A stretch of DNA of 64,000 bases, taken from an uncultured Clostridia bacterium (GTDB lineage Bacteria > Bacillota > Clostridia > TANB77 > CAG-508). The stretch is taken from contig CAKPPF010000001.1 of the NCBI GenBank assembly GCA_934177485.1, positions 150,959 through 214,958 of the forward strand, read 5' to 3'. The position numbers were made by a program, and so were the translations under genes. The notes below the pieces were generated by a model that worked only from the letters and a program-made list of their open reading frames with translations, searched no databases and had not been told where the DNA came from. Shown here in pieces: positions 10,705 to 20,402 of this stretch (the stretch's first letter is position 1; every line of letters starts with the position of its first letter).

Positions 10705-10908
10705 ATGTTAGAAGAACAAATCAAACAAAAAAGAAAAGAATTAAACAAAAGCATAGAAAAAAACAACAATTACAATGACGTATACAGACTAAGTGTTGAG
10801 CTTGATGAGCTAATAACAGAATTTTACAAGGAATCTAAACAAAACAAGAAAAATAAAAGGATTTTCAAAAGACGAAGGGATGTAAATAAAATACTATATA
10901 TAGCATAG
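10705..10908 (+). CDS. Spo0E-like sporulation regulatory phosphatase family protein
   Basis: 67 aa with the family motif RLSVELDELITEFY (SxELDxLI). Confidence 0.6.
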   Translation: MLEEQIKQKRKELNKSIEKNNNYNDVYRLSVELDELITEFYKESKQNKKNKRIFKRRRDVNKILYIA

Positions 10909-10932
10909 AGCATTAAAAATGCTCTATTTTTT
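10905..10932 (+). terminator. Rho-independent terminator
   Basis: Stem ATAGAGCATT/AATGCTCTAT followed by T6. Confidence 0.7.
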
Positions 10933-11053
10933 ACTATACAGAAAAAATCAAAGACTTTTCTTATAAAAAATAAAAAAACTATTGGAAAAAAAAATAAAAT
11001 AATGTAAAATAAAAGTAATAGTATATTAATTATAAAATAAACGGAGGGGAAAA

Positions 11054-12211
11054 ATGAAAAAAGTTATAAAAATTGCAATCCTGTTTTTATTAACTATAGC
11101 ACTAAACATATTATTTTCTAATAAATTGTATGCATTTGAGTGGAGTACAAAAATATTAAATAATAAAATTGTTACTGGCGATGAATTTTGTATAGAAATT
11201 ACATTTAATTATAATGCTTTTTTTAACAATGCTTATTTAGATATAGAAAGTGATTCTGAGTATATTGAAATAGTGAAAAATTCGGATGGAACGAAAAAAA
11301 CAACAACGATTGAAGATGGCAAATGGGGTAAATGGGTACTGAAATATCATTTAAAGGCAAAAAAAAGTGGTACATCAAAGGTTAAAATTACAGGCTGGAC
11401 TAAATTATGGGATGATAAAAAAATGGATGAACAAGAACTTAATATATCCATTACAATAAACAAATCTGAGGAAGAAATAAATATAGAAAGCGCGCAGAAT
11501 TATAATACTTATATTCAAGATGCATATAAAACAATACCTTCAGAAAATGCAAACGCTGAAGAGATAAGAGATTTTGTTAGTAGTGATGTTACATATAACA
11601 ATAAGGCAAACTTAAATAGTGATAAAATTAGTATAGAACTTTTAAAAAAATGGCAGGATACTATATATGCAAAATCTGCTAAAGAATATGATGCAGACAA
11701 AAAAAGATATGATTTGGTATCGGCATATTTACTTAACTGTAGGCTTAAAAAAGAAGGGAAACAGAATAGTAAAGATTCACTTGAAAGTAGCATAAAAAAT
11801 TCAACAGAAACTGCAGTAGATGCAAATAACAAAACTATAGAAAGTGCCAAAAAAAAGCTTGCAACAATAATAAGTGGACCTAAAGATGCAAGCAGGACAG
11901 AGACAGTATTTACGAATGATGTGCTTGATGATCCGAGTGCATATAATCCGACAGATCCAAGTTCTAAAGAGGATAGTGAAGCAGCAACAATTATTGACAA
12001 AATACTTAGTTTAATTACAACTGTAGGAACAGTAGTATCTATATTAATGCTAGCAATATTAGGAGTTAAATATATGTTAGGAAGTGTAGAAGAAAAGGCA
12101 GAATATAAAAAGGATTTAGTACCATATTTTATTGGAGCAGCGCTACTATTTGGAATATGCGCAATAGTTAAAATATTACAAAGTTTAGGAAGTACAATAA
12201 ATAATTTATAA
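11054..12211 (+). CDS. Secreted protein with a C-terminal VirB2/TrbC-like pilin module (pilin fusion)
   Basis: Signal peptide MKKVIKIAILFLLTIALNILFSNKLYA and a ~300-aa ectodomain. The last ~75 aa (..LAILGVKYMLGSVEEKAEYKKDLVPYFIGAALLFG..) are paralogous to the two small ORFs downstream. Confidence 0.55.
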   Translation: MKKVIKIAILFLLTIALNILFSNKLYAFEWSTKILNNKIVTGDEFCIEITFNYNAFFNNAYLDIESDSEYIEIVKNSDGTKKTTTIEDGKWGKWVLKYHLKAKKSGTSKVKITGWTKLWDDKKMDEQELNISITINKSEEEINIESAQNYNTYIQDAYKTIPSENANAEEIRDFVSSDVTYNNKANLNSDKISIELLKKWQDTIYAKSAKEYDADKKRYDLVSAYLLNCRLKKEGKQNSKDSLESSIKNSTETAVDANNKTIESAKKKLATIISGPKDASRTETVFTNDVLDDPSAYNPTDPSSKEDSEAATIIDKILSLITTVGTVVSILMLAILGVKYMLGSVEEKAEYKKDLVPYFIGAALLFGICAIVKILQSLGSTINNL

Positions 12212-12279
12212 AAAAGTTGCAAAAAATAGAAGAATATTGTATAATAAGAATATATACAAAAATTGGGTGGTGATATATA

Positions 12280-12657
12280 ATGAAGATATTAAAGGTACTA
12301 ACAATTAGTTTTTGTATAATTTTCATACTAACTTCAAATTCCTTTGCAATCGGAGAAGTAAAAAATACAGGTGATGATTTTATAGGCGTTGGAAAAAATA
12401 ATTCAGGATCAACAATGAATACTACTACACTAAAAGATGCATCAGGTAAAGTGTACAATCTACTTTTAGCCTTTGCAACAGGTACAGCTGTTATAGTTGG
12501 AGCTATACTTGGTATAAAATACATGACAGCAGGAATAAATGAAAAAACAGATGTTAAAGCATCACTTTTACCATATATGATAAGTTGTATAATAGTATTT
12601 GGATCTTTAGGAATTTGGAGACTAACTGTTACAATTTTTAAAGGCGTTGTAAAATGA
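12280..12657 (+). CDS. VirB2/TrbC-like (Maff2-like) T4SS pilin candidate
   Basis: Signal peptide plus two hydrophobic helices separated by a short charged loop (..ILGIKYMTAGINEKTDVKASLLPYMIS..). Confidence 0.55.
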   Translation: MKILKVLTISFCIIFILTSNSFAIGEVKNTGDDFIGVGKNNSGSTMNTTTLKDASGKVYNLLLAFATGTAVIVGAILGIKYMTAGINEKTDVKASLLPYMISCIIVFGSLGIWRLTVTIFKGVVK

Positions 12658-12720
12658 TTTTAATGTTATCTTTTTTAAGATATTTTAATATAGAATAATG
12701 AAGAAAAGGAGGATAAATAT

Positions 12721-13083
12721 ATGAAAAAACTAAATAAAGTATTAAGCATAGTAGTAGTAATGCTAATGTTAGTAAGTGCTTGCACAAATGTTTTTGCAGG
12801 TGATGTATTAAACCAAATGACTGGAAAAGCTGATTTAGGTCCGGCAAGCGGTAAAATTGGTACTATAGGAAATACAATTTTAACAATTATTACAACTGTT
12901 GCTATGGTTCTTGCAGTTGTTATTATAGCTGTTTTGGGTATTAAATACATGATGGGAAGTACAGAAGAAAAAGCAGAATACAAAAAATCATTAATACCTT
13001 ACATAGTTGGAGCTGTTTTAGTATTTGGAGCTGGTGCAATAGGAAGAATGGTAGTTGAGTTTGCTGTAAATATTAATAAATAG
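12721..13083 (+). CDS. VirB2/TrbC-like (Maff2-like) T4SS pilin candidate
   Basis: Signal peptide. ..VLGIKYMMGSTEEKAEYKKSLIPYIVGAVLVFG.. is nearly identical in motif to the C-terminus of ORF 11054. Confidence 0.6.
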   Translation: MKKLNKVLSIVVVMLMLVSACTNVFAGDVLNQMTGKADLGPASGKIGTIGNTILTIITTVAMVLAVVIIAVLGIKYMMGSTEEKAEYKKSLIPYIVGAVLVFGAGAIGRMVVEFAVNINK

Positions 13084-13136
13084 TAACCAATATTACAGTT
13101 ATATTACAATTATATTAAAAATATTATATTTTTAAA

Positions 13137-13166
13137 CAAAAAACCTTACATTTTGTAAGGTTTTTT
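13137..13166 (+). terminator. Intra-operon hairpin plus T-run after the pilin genes (attenuator candidate)
   Basis: Stem AACCTTACA/TGTAAGGTT followed by T6. Confidence 0.65.
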
Positions 13167-13211
13167 GTTATAATATAAAAAGGAATATTATAAATGTTTG
13201 GAGGAAAGAGC

Positions 13212-13559
13212 ATGAAGTCATATATGATCCCAAGGAATACTAAAGGAGAGGGTAGACTATTATATATTTTTTCAACAAAAGCATTAATTTATACAGCTGT
13301 TTGTGGAGTAATTGGATATATAATATATTGGATATTAAGTAAAATAATGCTTGGAACTATTGGAATTATTCTTATGGCATTTTTGACACTTGCTGGATTT
13401 TTGATTGGTACACTAAAGGTTCCTAATTCACAAGCATTTAAAATAACAAGAATTGCTGGCGGAGAAAATGTAGACGATATAATATTGCGATATATAAAAT
13501 TTAAAAGAAAAAAAAATAAAATATATGTAACTAAAGAGGAGGAAATTGTAAATGAGTAG
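13212..13559 (+). CDS. PrgI/VirB3-like small T4SS membrane protein
   Basis: GGAGG 6 nt before ATG 13212. MKSYMIPRNTKGEGRLLYIFSTKALIY is followed by two TM helices. Sits before the VirB4 region; 8-nt overlap with the next ORF. Confidence 0.55.
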   Translation: MKSYMIPRNTKGEGRLLYIFSTKALIYTAVCGVIGYIIYWILSKIMLGTIGIILMAFLTLAGFLIGTLKVPNSQAFKITRIAGGENVDDIILRYIKFKRKKNKIYVTKEEEIVNE

Positions 13560-14745
13560 TGAACAATTAACATCATTATTGTCAATATTATTAATAGTCA
13601 GCTTGGTTGTATTATTTATTTTAGTAGTTGTATTTTTATCAATTGTTTTATCAAATAAATTAAAGCAAAATAAACAAAAGAAAGATGAAAAAAATAAAGA
13701 TCAGAGCAGTTCTAATGATATGCAAACTTCATCAGTAATACAAACCAAAGCATACACTACAGAAAACATAAAAAAATTTATGGATTTTGATGACATAAAA
13801 GATAACATGATTGTTAGAGAAAATGGAAAAAAATATGTTATGGTAATCAAATGCAATGGTATTAACTATGACTTAATGAGTGGCATGGAAAAAGTTGCTG
13901 TTGAATCAGGATTTATACAATTCCTTAATTCTTTAGTAAATCCAATACAAATTTATGTTCAAGCTAGAAAAGTTAATTTGGAAGACAGTGTTATAAATTA
14001 TAAAAAAAGGTTAAAAACAATAGAAAGTAATTTCAATAGAATAAAAATTCAGTATGAACAAGCACAAAGAAATAGTGAAATAAGCGAACAACAGTATAAA
14101 AATATTAGATTTGAATATTTAAGACAAAAAAATCTATATGAATATACAAAAGACATAATAAGTAATACTGAAAAAATGAGCCTAAATAGAAATATATTAA
14201 CTAAGAATTACTATATTGCAATATCTTACTATCCAGATAACAAAGAAGAACTATTCAATAAAGATGAAATATCAGATATGGCGTTTTCAGACTTGTATAC
14301 TAATGCACAGTCAATTTTAAGAACAATTTCAATATGCGGAATAACAGGAAAAGTTTTAAATTCTGAAGAATTAGCAGACTTGTTGTATGTAGCATATAAT
14401 AGAGATGCTTCAGAAATATATGGAATAGATAAAGCTATTAAATCAGGGTATGATTCTTTATATACTACAGCACCTGATGTTTTTGAAAAGAAAATAAAAG
14501 AATTAGATAAATTAATAGATGAGAGAGCAGTGGATGTGGCAAATGACGCAATTGATAGTGCTGTATTAAAAAGCAAAAAACAGAAAGAACTAGAATTAAA
14601 AGAAAAAGAATTTAATGATTTAGTAACACAAATGGCTAGGCAATATATAAAAGAAAACAAAAAGTATATAAAACCGGATGTCGCAGAAGAAGCACTAAAA
14701 GAACTTGATAAAAAACAAGCAAAAAAACAAAAGAAAGGAGCATAA
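13552..14745 (+). CDS. TM-anchored T4SS-associated protein; soluble part resembles the non-ATPase N-terminal domain of Firmicute VirB4 proteins
   Basis: N-terminal TM helix, then ..FDDIKDNMIVRENGKKYVMVIKCNGINYDLMSGMEKVAVESGFIQFLNSLVNPIQIYVQARK.., then a coiled-coil C-terminus. No Walker motifs. Confidence 0.35.
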   Translation: MSSEQLTSLLSILLIVSLVVLFILVVVFLSIVLSNKLKQNKQKKDEKNKDQSSSNDMQTSSVIQTKAYTTENIKKFMDFDDIKDNMIVRENGKKYVMVIKCNGINYDLMSGMEKVAVESGFIQFLNSLVNPIQIYVQARKVNLEDSVINYKKRLKTIESNFNRIKIQYEQAQRNSEISEQQYKNIRFEYLRQKNLYEYTKDIISNTEKMSLNRNILTKNYYIAISYYPDNKEELFNKDEISDMAFSDLYTNAQSILRTISICGITGKVLNSEELADLLYVAYNRDASEIYGIDKAIKSGYDSLYTTAPDVFEKKIKELDKLIDERAVDVANDAIDSAVLKSKKQKELELKEKEFNDLVTQMARQYIKENKKYIKPDVAEEALKELDKKQAKKQKKGA

Positions 14746-14748
14746 TAT

Positions 14749-16695
14749 ATGAAAAAAAATAAAGATGAAGATAATGAAATTAGAAATAATAATTTAGAAT
14801 CTAAAAAAATTAGTTTATTTAAATCTAAAACCATAAAAGATGTTATAGCTCCAGCTGGAATAGATGCTTCAAACCTAAATCACTTAGAAATTATTTCACA
14901 TACAAATAGACTTGCAAGAAGCTTTTTTGTAAATACACTTCCACGTATGGGAACATTTCCGGAGCTATTAAGAGATATGTATGATTTTGGAGATATAAAC
15001 GTATCAGTATATATTAATCCAATTCAAGAAGCAAGTTCACAGCAAGATTTGAACAGAACTATAACTGAACTAGAAACAGAAAGAATTTTAGCTGCAGATA
15101 AAGGAAATATAAATAGAGAAGCTGTACTTGCGCAAAAAAAATATGAAACAGAACAATTAAGAGATGAAATTGCAGCAGGTTTTAACAAAATGTTCGAAGC
15201 TTCAATAATATCAACAATTTTTGCTTATAGCAAAGAAGAACTTGAAAAATATACAAAACTATTATCAACAGAAATGGGAAAAACACAAATTGGTTTGAAA
15301 TCAGCGTGGGCAATGCAAGAAGAGGCATTTAGAAGTAACACACCATTATGTAATAATATGATGAAAACAAAAAAATTAACATTTGATAGAAATTCAATGG
15401 GAACTGTATTCCCATTTACATCATCAGAAGTTGGACATGCAACAGGTGTACCACTAGGATATAACAAACAAACAGGAACACCAATATTGTTTGACAACTT
15501 CCATTCATCACTTACAAACTATAATATGGTTATATTTGCTAAATCTGGTGCAGGTAAATCTGTTACAATGAAAACATTAATTTCAAGATCTTCTGTTTTA
15601 ATGGGAATAGAAAGTTTAGCACTAGATGCTGAAGGAGAATATAGACTAGTTGCAGAAAGTCTTGGAGGAATAAATGTTGTTATAAGTCCAACATCAAACA
15701 CAATAATAAATCTATTTGATGTTGAACCAGAAAACATTAAAGATGAAATAACAGGAAGAGATAGAGAAGTTGTTAATATTCAAAACAAAGTTGAGGATGT
15801 TACTCAAGCCTTGTATACAATGGCAAAAGGTAGCACACAAAGTACAGAAGTAAATGAAGTAACAAAACAAATAATTGCGGAAGCAGTTGCTGAAGAATAT
15901 GAAGCTCTTGGAATTACAAATAACATAAATAGCTTATATAGAAATGAAAAAACGTTAATAAAACAAGGGCAAATTGAACAAGAAAAGAAAGAGATGCCAA
16001 CAATAGGCTCTTGGTACAAAAGAATTGTTCAAAAAGCAAAAGAAAACGATAACCCAGACTATACAAAACATTATAGTTATTTAATAAAAGTTATGAAACA
16101 ATATATAAGAGAATATGATGGTCAAATGGCATATTTTGATGGACAATCTACTTTTAAATTATTAGATGGAGCACCATTTATTAACCTAGATATATCTCAA
16201 TTAGAAGAAAGATTTGCAAGACCACTTGCACAACAAATACTTTTATCTTGGATATGGGAAAAATTTGTAAAAAAGAATAGTGAAGATAGAAAAAAAGCAA
16301 AACAAAAAAGAGTTATAGTTGACGAGGCTTGGATGCTATTACCATTCCCAGAGGCTGTAGATTTCTTAAATAAAATGGCACGTCGTGCAAGAAAAAGAAA
16401 TGTTTCTTTGGCAATAATTTCCCAAAGATTTCAAGACTTTTATGAAAAACCAGAAGCACAAGCAGTGCTTACATCATCAGATACAAAGCTATTTTTAGCA
16501 CAAGATAAATCTGAAATTCAATACCTAAAAGAAGTATTTAAATTATCAGAAGGAGAAGCAAACTATTTAATTACAGCACAAGTGGGAGAAGGATTATTAA
16601 AAGTAGGAAATGAAACAGCAATACTAAAGATTACACCAACAAAGAAAGAATTTGAATTTGTTGAAACAAACATAAATAAATTAGCAAACAAATAA
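14749..16695 (+). CDS. VirB4-family T4SS ATPase
   Basis: Walker A FAKSGAGKSVT, Walker B RVIVDEAWML, N-terminal RSFFVNTLPRMGTFPELL typical of VirB4/TrsE/PrgJ-type proteins. Confidence 0.85.
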   Translation: MKKNKDEDNEIRNNNLESKKISLFKSKTIKDVIAPAGIDASNLNHLEIISHTNRLARSFFVNTLPRMGTFPELLRDMYDFGDINVSVYINPIQEASSQQDLNRTITELETERILAADKGNINREAVLAQKKYETEQLRDEIAAGFNKMFEASIISTIFAYSKEELEKYTKLLSTEMGKTQIGLKSAWAMQEEAFRSNTPLCNNMMKTKKLTFDRNSMGTVFPFTSSEVGHATGVPLGYNKQTGTPILFDNFHSSLTNYNMVIFAKSGAGKSVTMKTLISRSSVLMGIESLALDAEGEYRLVAESLGGINVVISPTSNTIINLFDVEPENIKDEITGRDREVVNIQNKVEDVTQALYTMAKGSTQSTEVNEVTKQIIAEAVAEEYEALGITNNINSLYRNEKTLIKQGQIEQEKKEMPTIGSWYKRIVQKAKENDNPDYTKHYSYLIKVMKQYIREYDGQMAYFDGQSTFKLLDGAPFINLDISQLEERFARPLAQQILLSWIWEKFVKKNSEDRKKAKQKRVIVDEAWMLLPFPEAVDFLNKMARRARKRNVSLAIISQRFQDFYEKPEAQAVLTSSDTKLFLAQDKSEIQYLKEVFKLSEGEANYLITAQVGEGLLKVGNETAILKITPTKKEFEFVETNINKLANK

Positions 16696-16710
16696 GGAGG
16701 AAAACCTTAA

Positions 16711-19700
16711 ATGAAACATAAAAAAATATCACAAAAGTTAATATTAGTATTAGTGTTGCTTATATTATTTAATTTTATGTACCCTAAAAGAGTTGCAGCT
16801 GATATATTTGGAGTGTCATGGGAAGACATAATAGCAATCCCAGCTAGAATATTCTATTTTATTGAAGGACGGAGTTATTGAAACATTGAATAATATGTTT
16901 GCTCCCCAAAAAAGCACTGGTTCCGAAGGCACTGGTTCCGAAGACACTGATCCCGTAGAAGTTGTTATTCAGGTGACTCCAGAGAACATTATTAAAGGAA
17001 AGTTTTTATTGTTAAATGCAAATATATTTGAAGACCCAGAAGCCAATAGAGGCAAATATATTGATGGAGAAAAAAAATATAGTGATGGTGGAAAAGAACT
17101 TGCAAGCCAAAAAGGAATACTAAGAAAAACAGTTGCAAGTTGGTATTATGCAATAAGAAACTTTGCCATTGTAGCTTTATTGTGTGTTCTTGTATATGTT
17201 GGAATTAGAATGATAATGTCAACTATAGCACAAGATAAAAATAAATATAAAACGATGTTTAAAGATTGGTTAGTCGCCTTGTGCTTAGTGTTTGTAATGC
17301 ACTACATTATGATAGCTGTGTTAAATCTTACAAGTTCAATTACAGAAGCAATAGGTCGGTGGAGATAGTTCGGATATAATACCACAATATTGTGAAAAAA
17401 TTGAATATATACTCAATAATGATGACTATAAAAAAGAAGATGATACCCCTGGACTAATGGCATGCTACTCATATGTTCTTATATTAGCAGGTATTATTGT
17501 ATATACTTTAATCTTTCTAATTAAATATTTAAAGAGGGAATTTATTATAATATTCTTAATCTTACTAGGACCAATATCATGTATTACATACCCAATAGAT
17601 AAAATTGGTGATGGTAAAGCTCAAGCATATAATAGATGGCTTACAGAATTTATTTACCAAGTATTAATACAACCATTTCATTTATTAATATATGTTGTAC
17701 TTATTGGTAGTGCAGCAGACTTGGCAAGCGAAAACGCTTTATATGCCATTGCATGTTTTGCTGTTATGATGCCAGCCGAGAAATTTATAAAAGAAATGTT
17801 TGGATTTAAAGATAGACTTGGATCACCATTTGGAGCTTTTGCATCAGGAGCACTTGCTAGTAAAGCAATTGATGCTATTAAAAATCATAAAGGAAAAAGT
17901 ACTAGTGGAGGAGACTCAAAAGAAGATAAAAACGATAAAAGTAATGAAATACCACCTAGAACAGTTGATAAAGATAAGGAAATGGGAGTTGATACATCAG
18001 GAGGAAGCAATTCTAGTGGAGAAGATGCATCAGGCTCAGGAAATGCACAACTAGGTGATACAGGAAGTAATAGTTCATCTGAATTAGAAAATTCTAATAT
18101 GGATGGTAACAATCAACCAGGACCAAGTGAAGCAGATGGAGAAAATGAAAATACTAATGGTACAGAAGTCGATAAAACAGACGATAATCAAGAAAATACA
18201 GCAGATAATGCTAATGATGAAAGCGAAGGAGCTGGAGAAAATTTAAATGCTGGTGACAAAGATAAAACAGGAGAGAAGTTTGGAAAGCTTAAGAACAGTA
18301 AGGTTGGTAGAAAGTATACAAGCTTTAGAAACAGTGAGGTTGGTAGAAAGTTAAGGACCATGCATAATCAGAGAATGATAAACAAATATGGCTCTGCAAG
18401 TAAAAAACAAAGAAATATAAAAAGAGCTAAAAAAATTGGAAAAGGTGTATGGACTTTAGCTAAAGGAGCATTAAAATATGGAAGTATGGCAACAATTGCA
18501 GTAGGAGGAGCAGCATTACTTGCTATGTCTGGTAAAGGAAAGGAAGCTGGAAAACTTTTAGCTTCAACAGCTGGAGGAATTGCGTATGGTGTAGGAAAGA
18601 ATGTATCTAAAGGTGTAAAAACAACAATAACTGGAGCAAAAGGAGCAATAAAAGATTATGCGTCTTTAGCAAGAAGTACAGATGAGGATAAAAAGATAAA
18701 AAGGGCTAAGGAACAATATATGAATGATGACTCAAAAATTAAACTTGCCCAAGAATCATTTAAAAAGAGAACAGGTGAAGATGCAACATATGAAGACTTA
18801 AAAGAAGAGTTAGAAGATAGATTTGAACTAGAACGTAGAGGACTAGAAGATAAAGAAATTGATAAGTCTCTAAAGAAACTTCATGAGCTTGAAGATGCTG
18901 GATTATCTAAAGAAGATGCCTTAGATCAAACAGCGTTCGCAGCAGATTTAGCATTTAATGGGGATTTAAAGAAAACTGACTTTGCAGACGAAAAGAAAAT
19001 GAACAGTGCAATAGAAGCAATGGCACAAAATGCTATTGCAGGTAAAGACTTTGGCGGTGATGAGGCTAAAAAGCAAGCAGCACTTGAAAATGCAAGAAGA
19101 GCAGCTGCATATCATTTAACAAATGCAGCAAACATAAAAAAGGCCGATATAGTTCTTCCAGATAAGTATAAAAATGTAAAACTTGGAAAAGGAAGTGGCA
19201 CAACAGGTGAGAATACTATAACTCTTGCAAGAGATAGAATAAATAAATCAGTTATTGTTGCACTTGGAATTGATGCAGGAACGACTCATATTAACTTAAC
19301 ACCAGATCAAAAAGATAAAATTAATAAGTTAACTGTGAAATTAGATGGAGCAACTCCAGAACAAATAGTAGAAATCAGTTCATTTGCACAAAAATTTGCA
19401 GTAGACGGAGCAAATACTGATCAATTAATTGCCTCATACGAACAAGCAGTAAAATTTATTTCCGATTCAGGTACTAAAGACACTGCAATAGAAATTATAG
19501 ATAAATATAAAGATATTAGCGGAGATAAATCAGACATAACTGATAAAGAAGTATTTGCAGAAAAATTGGAAATGCTAAAAGCAGTTGAAGCTTATGATAT
19601 AGGTGATATGTCTAAATTAAAAGAAGTAAGAAACCGTGAAAATCTTTCTGTTTCAGATGTAGTTGAAGAGGCAAGAAAGTTTGCTACTGAAAATAGAGAT

Positions 19701-19847
19701 AAAATTTTAAATGGTAAAAGTATAGAAGCCGAAAAGAAAGCATTGACAGATAGTATAAAAAGCAAAGGATACATATCAAATGACAAGGCAACTAAAATAG
19801 CTCAAGAAGTAATTAATATATCTGAGTTTGGATTGAGTAAAAAATAA
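16711..19847 (+). CDS. VirB6/TrbL-like polytopic T4SS membrane protein (~1044 aa) with a long C-terminal extension; two frame breaks at in-frame CGG 16870 and 17357
   Basis: Three frame segments (16711..16881, 16862..17368, 17457..19847) join into one signal-peptide plus multi-TM protein if the C of each CGG is skipped (..FYFIEG|GVIETL.., ..ITEAIG|GGDSSDIIPQY..). AAGGAGG RBS before 16711. Confidence 0.7.
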
Positions 19848-19884
19848 AGAATTATAAAGTTTATAAAAACAAAAGGAGGATACC

Positions 19885-20391
19885 ATGCAAATAGTAATAA
19901 GAAAAATTAGATTATTCTTTTCACATTATGGTAGCTTCCTTTTTAAATGCTTGTTTGGTGTATTTGTACTAATGTTTGCTTTATACAATATTAATTTAAA
20001 TGTAAAAAAAGAAAAAGAACAAAAGAAAGAATATGTACAAGAAACAAATTTACAAAAGCAAAAAGCAAAAGAATCAAAAGAAATTTCTTTAGTGTTTATA
20101 AATTACTGTAGTAGTAAAGAAATCGAAAAAGCCTATAATATGCTTTCTACAAAAAGTAAAGAACAATATAGTTCATTAGAGGCTTTCGAAAAAAATTTTT
20201 ATAATATTTATTTTAAACAAAAAATTGACTGTAAAATTGAATCTTATAAAGAAGATATTTTTAAAGTTGTATTATTAGAAGATATTTTAGAGTCTGGTAA
20301 AATTGAAAATAGAAAACAAAAGGAATTTTTTATTAAAGGAGAAAAGGATTCAGTAGGTAATAGAAAGGTAAGCACAAATATAGAGGAATAA
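19885..20391 (+). CDS. Small TM protein with an NTF2-like ectodomain (VirB8-like candidate)
   Basis: N-terminal TM helix, then ..FINYCSSKEIEKAYNMLSTKSKEQYSSLEAFEKNFYNIY.. Strong AAGGAGG RBS. Confidence 0.3.
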   Translation: MQIVIRKIRLFFSHYGSFLFKCLFGVFVLMFALYNINLNVKKEKEQKKEYVQETNLQKQKAKESKEISLVFINYCSSKEIEKAYNMLSTKSKEQYSSLEAFEKNFYNIYFKQKIDCKIESYKEDIFKVVLLEDILESGKIENRKQKEFFIKGEKDSVGNRKVSTNIEE

Positions 20392-20402
20392 GAGGATTAA
20401 AT

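Noticed and set aside
17800-18112. Overlapping alternative-frame ORFs in the VirB6-like gene.
   Set aside because: They are products of the low-complexity GA-rich stretch. The main frame is continuous and consistent.
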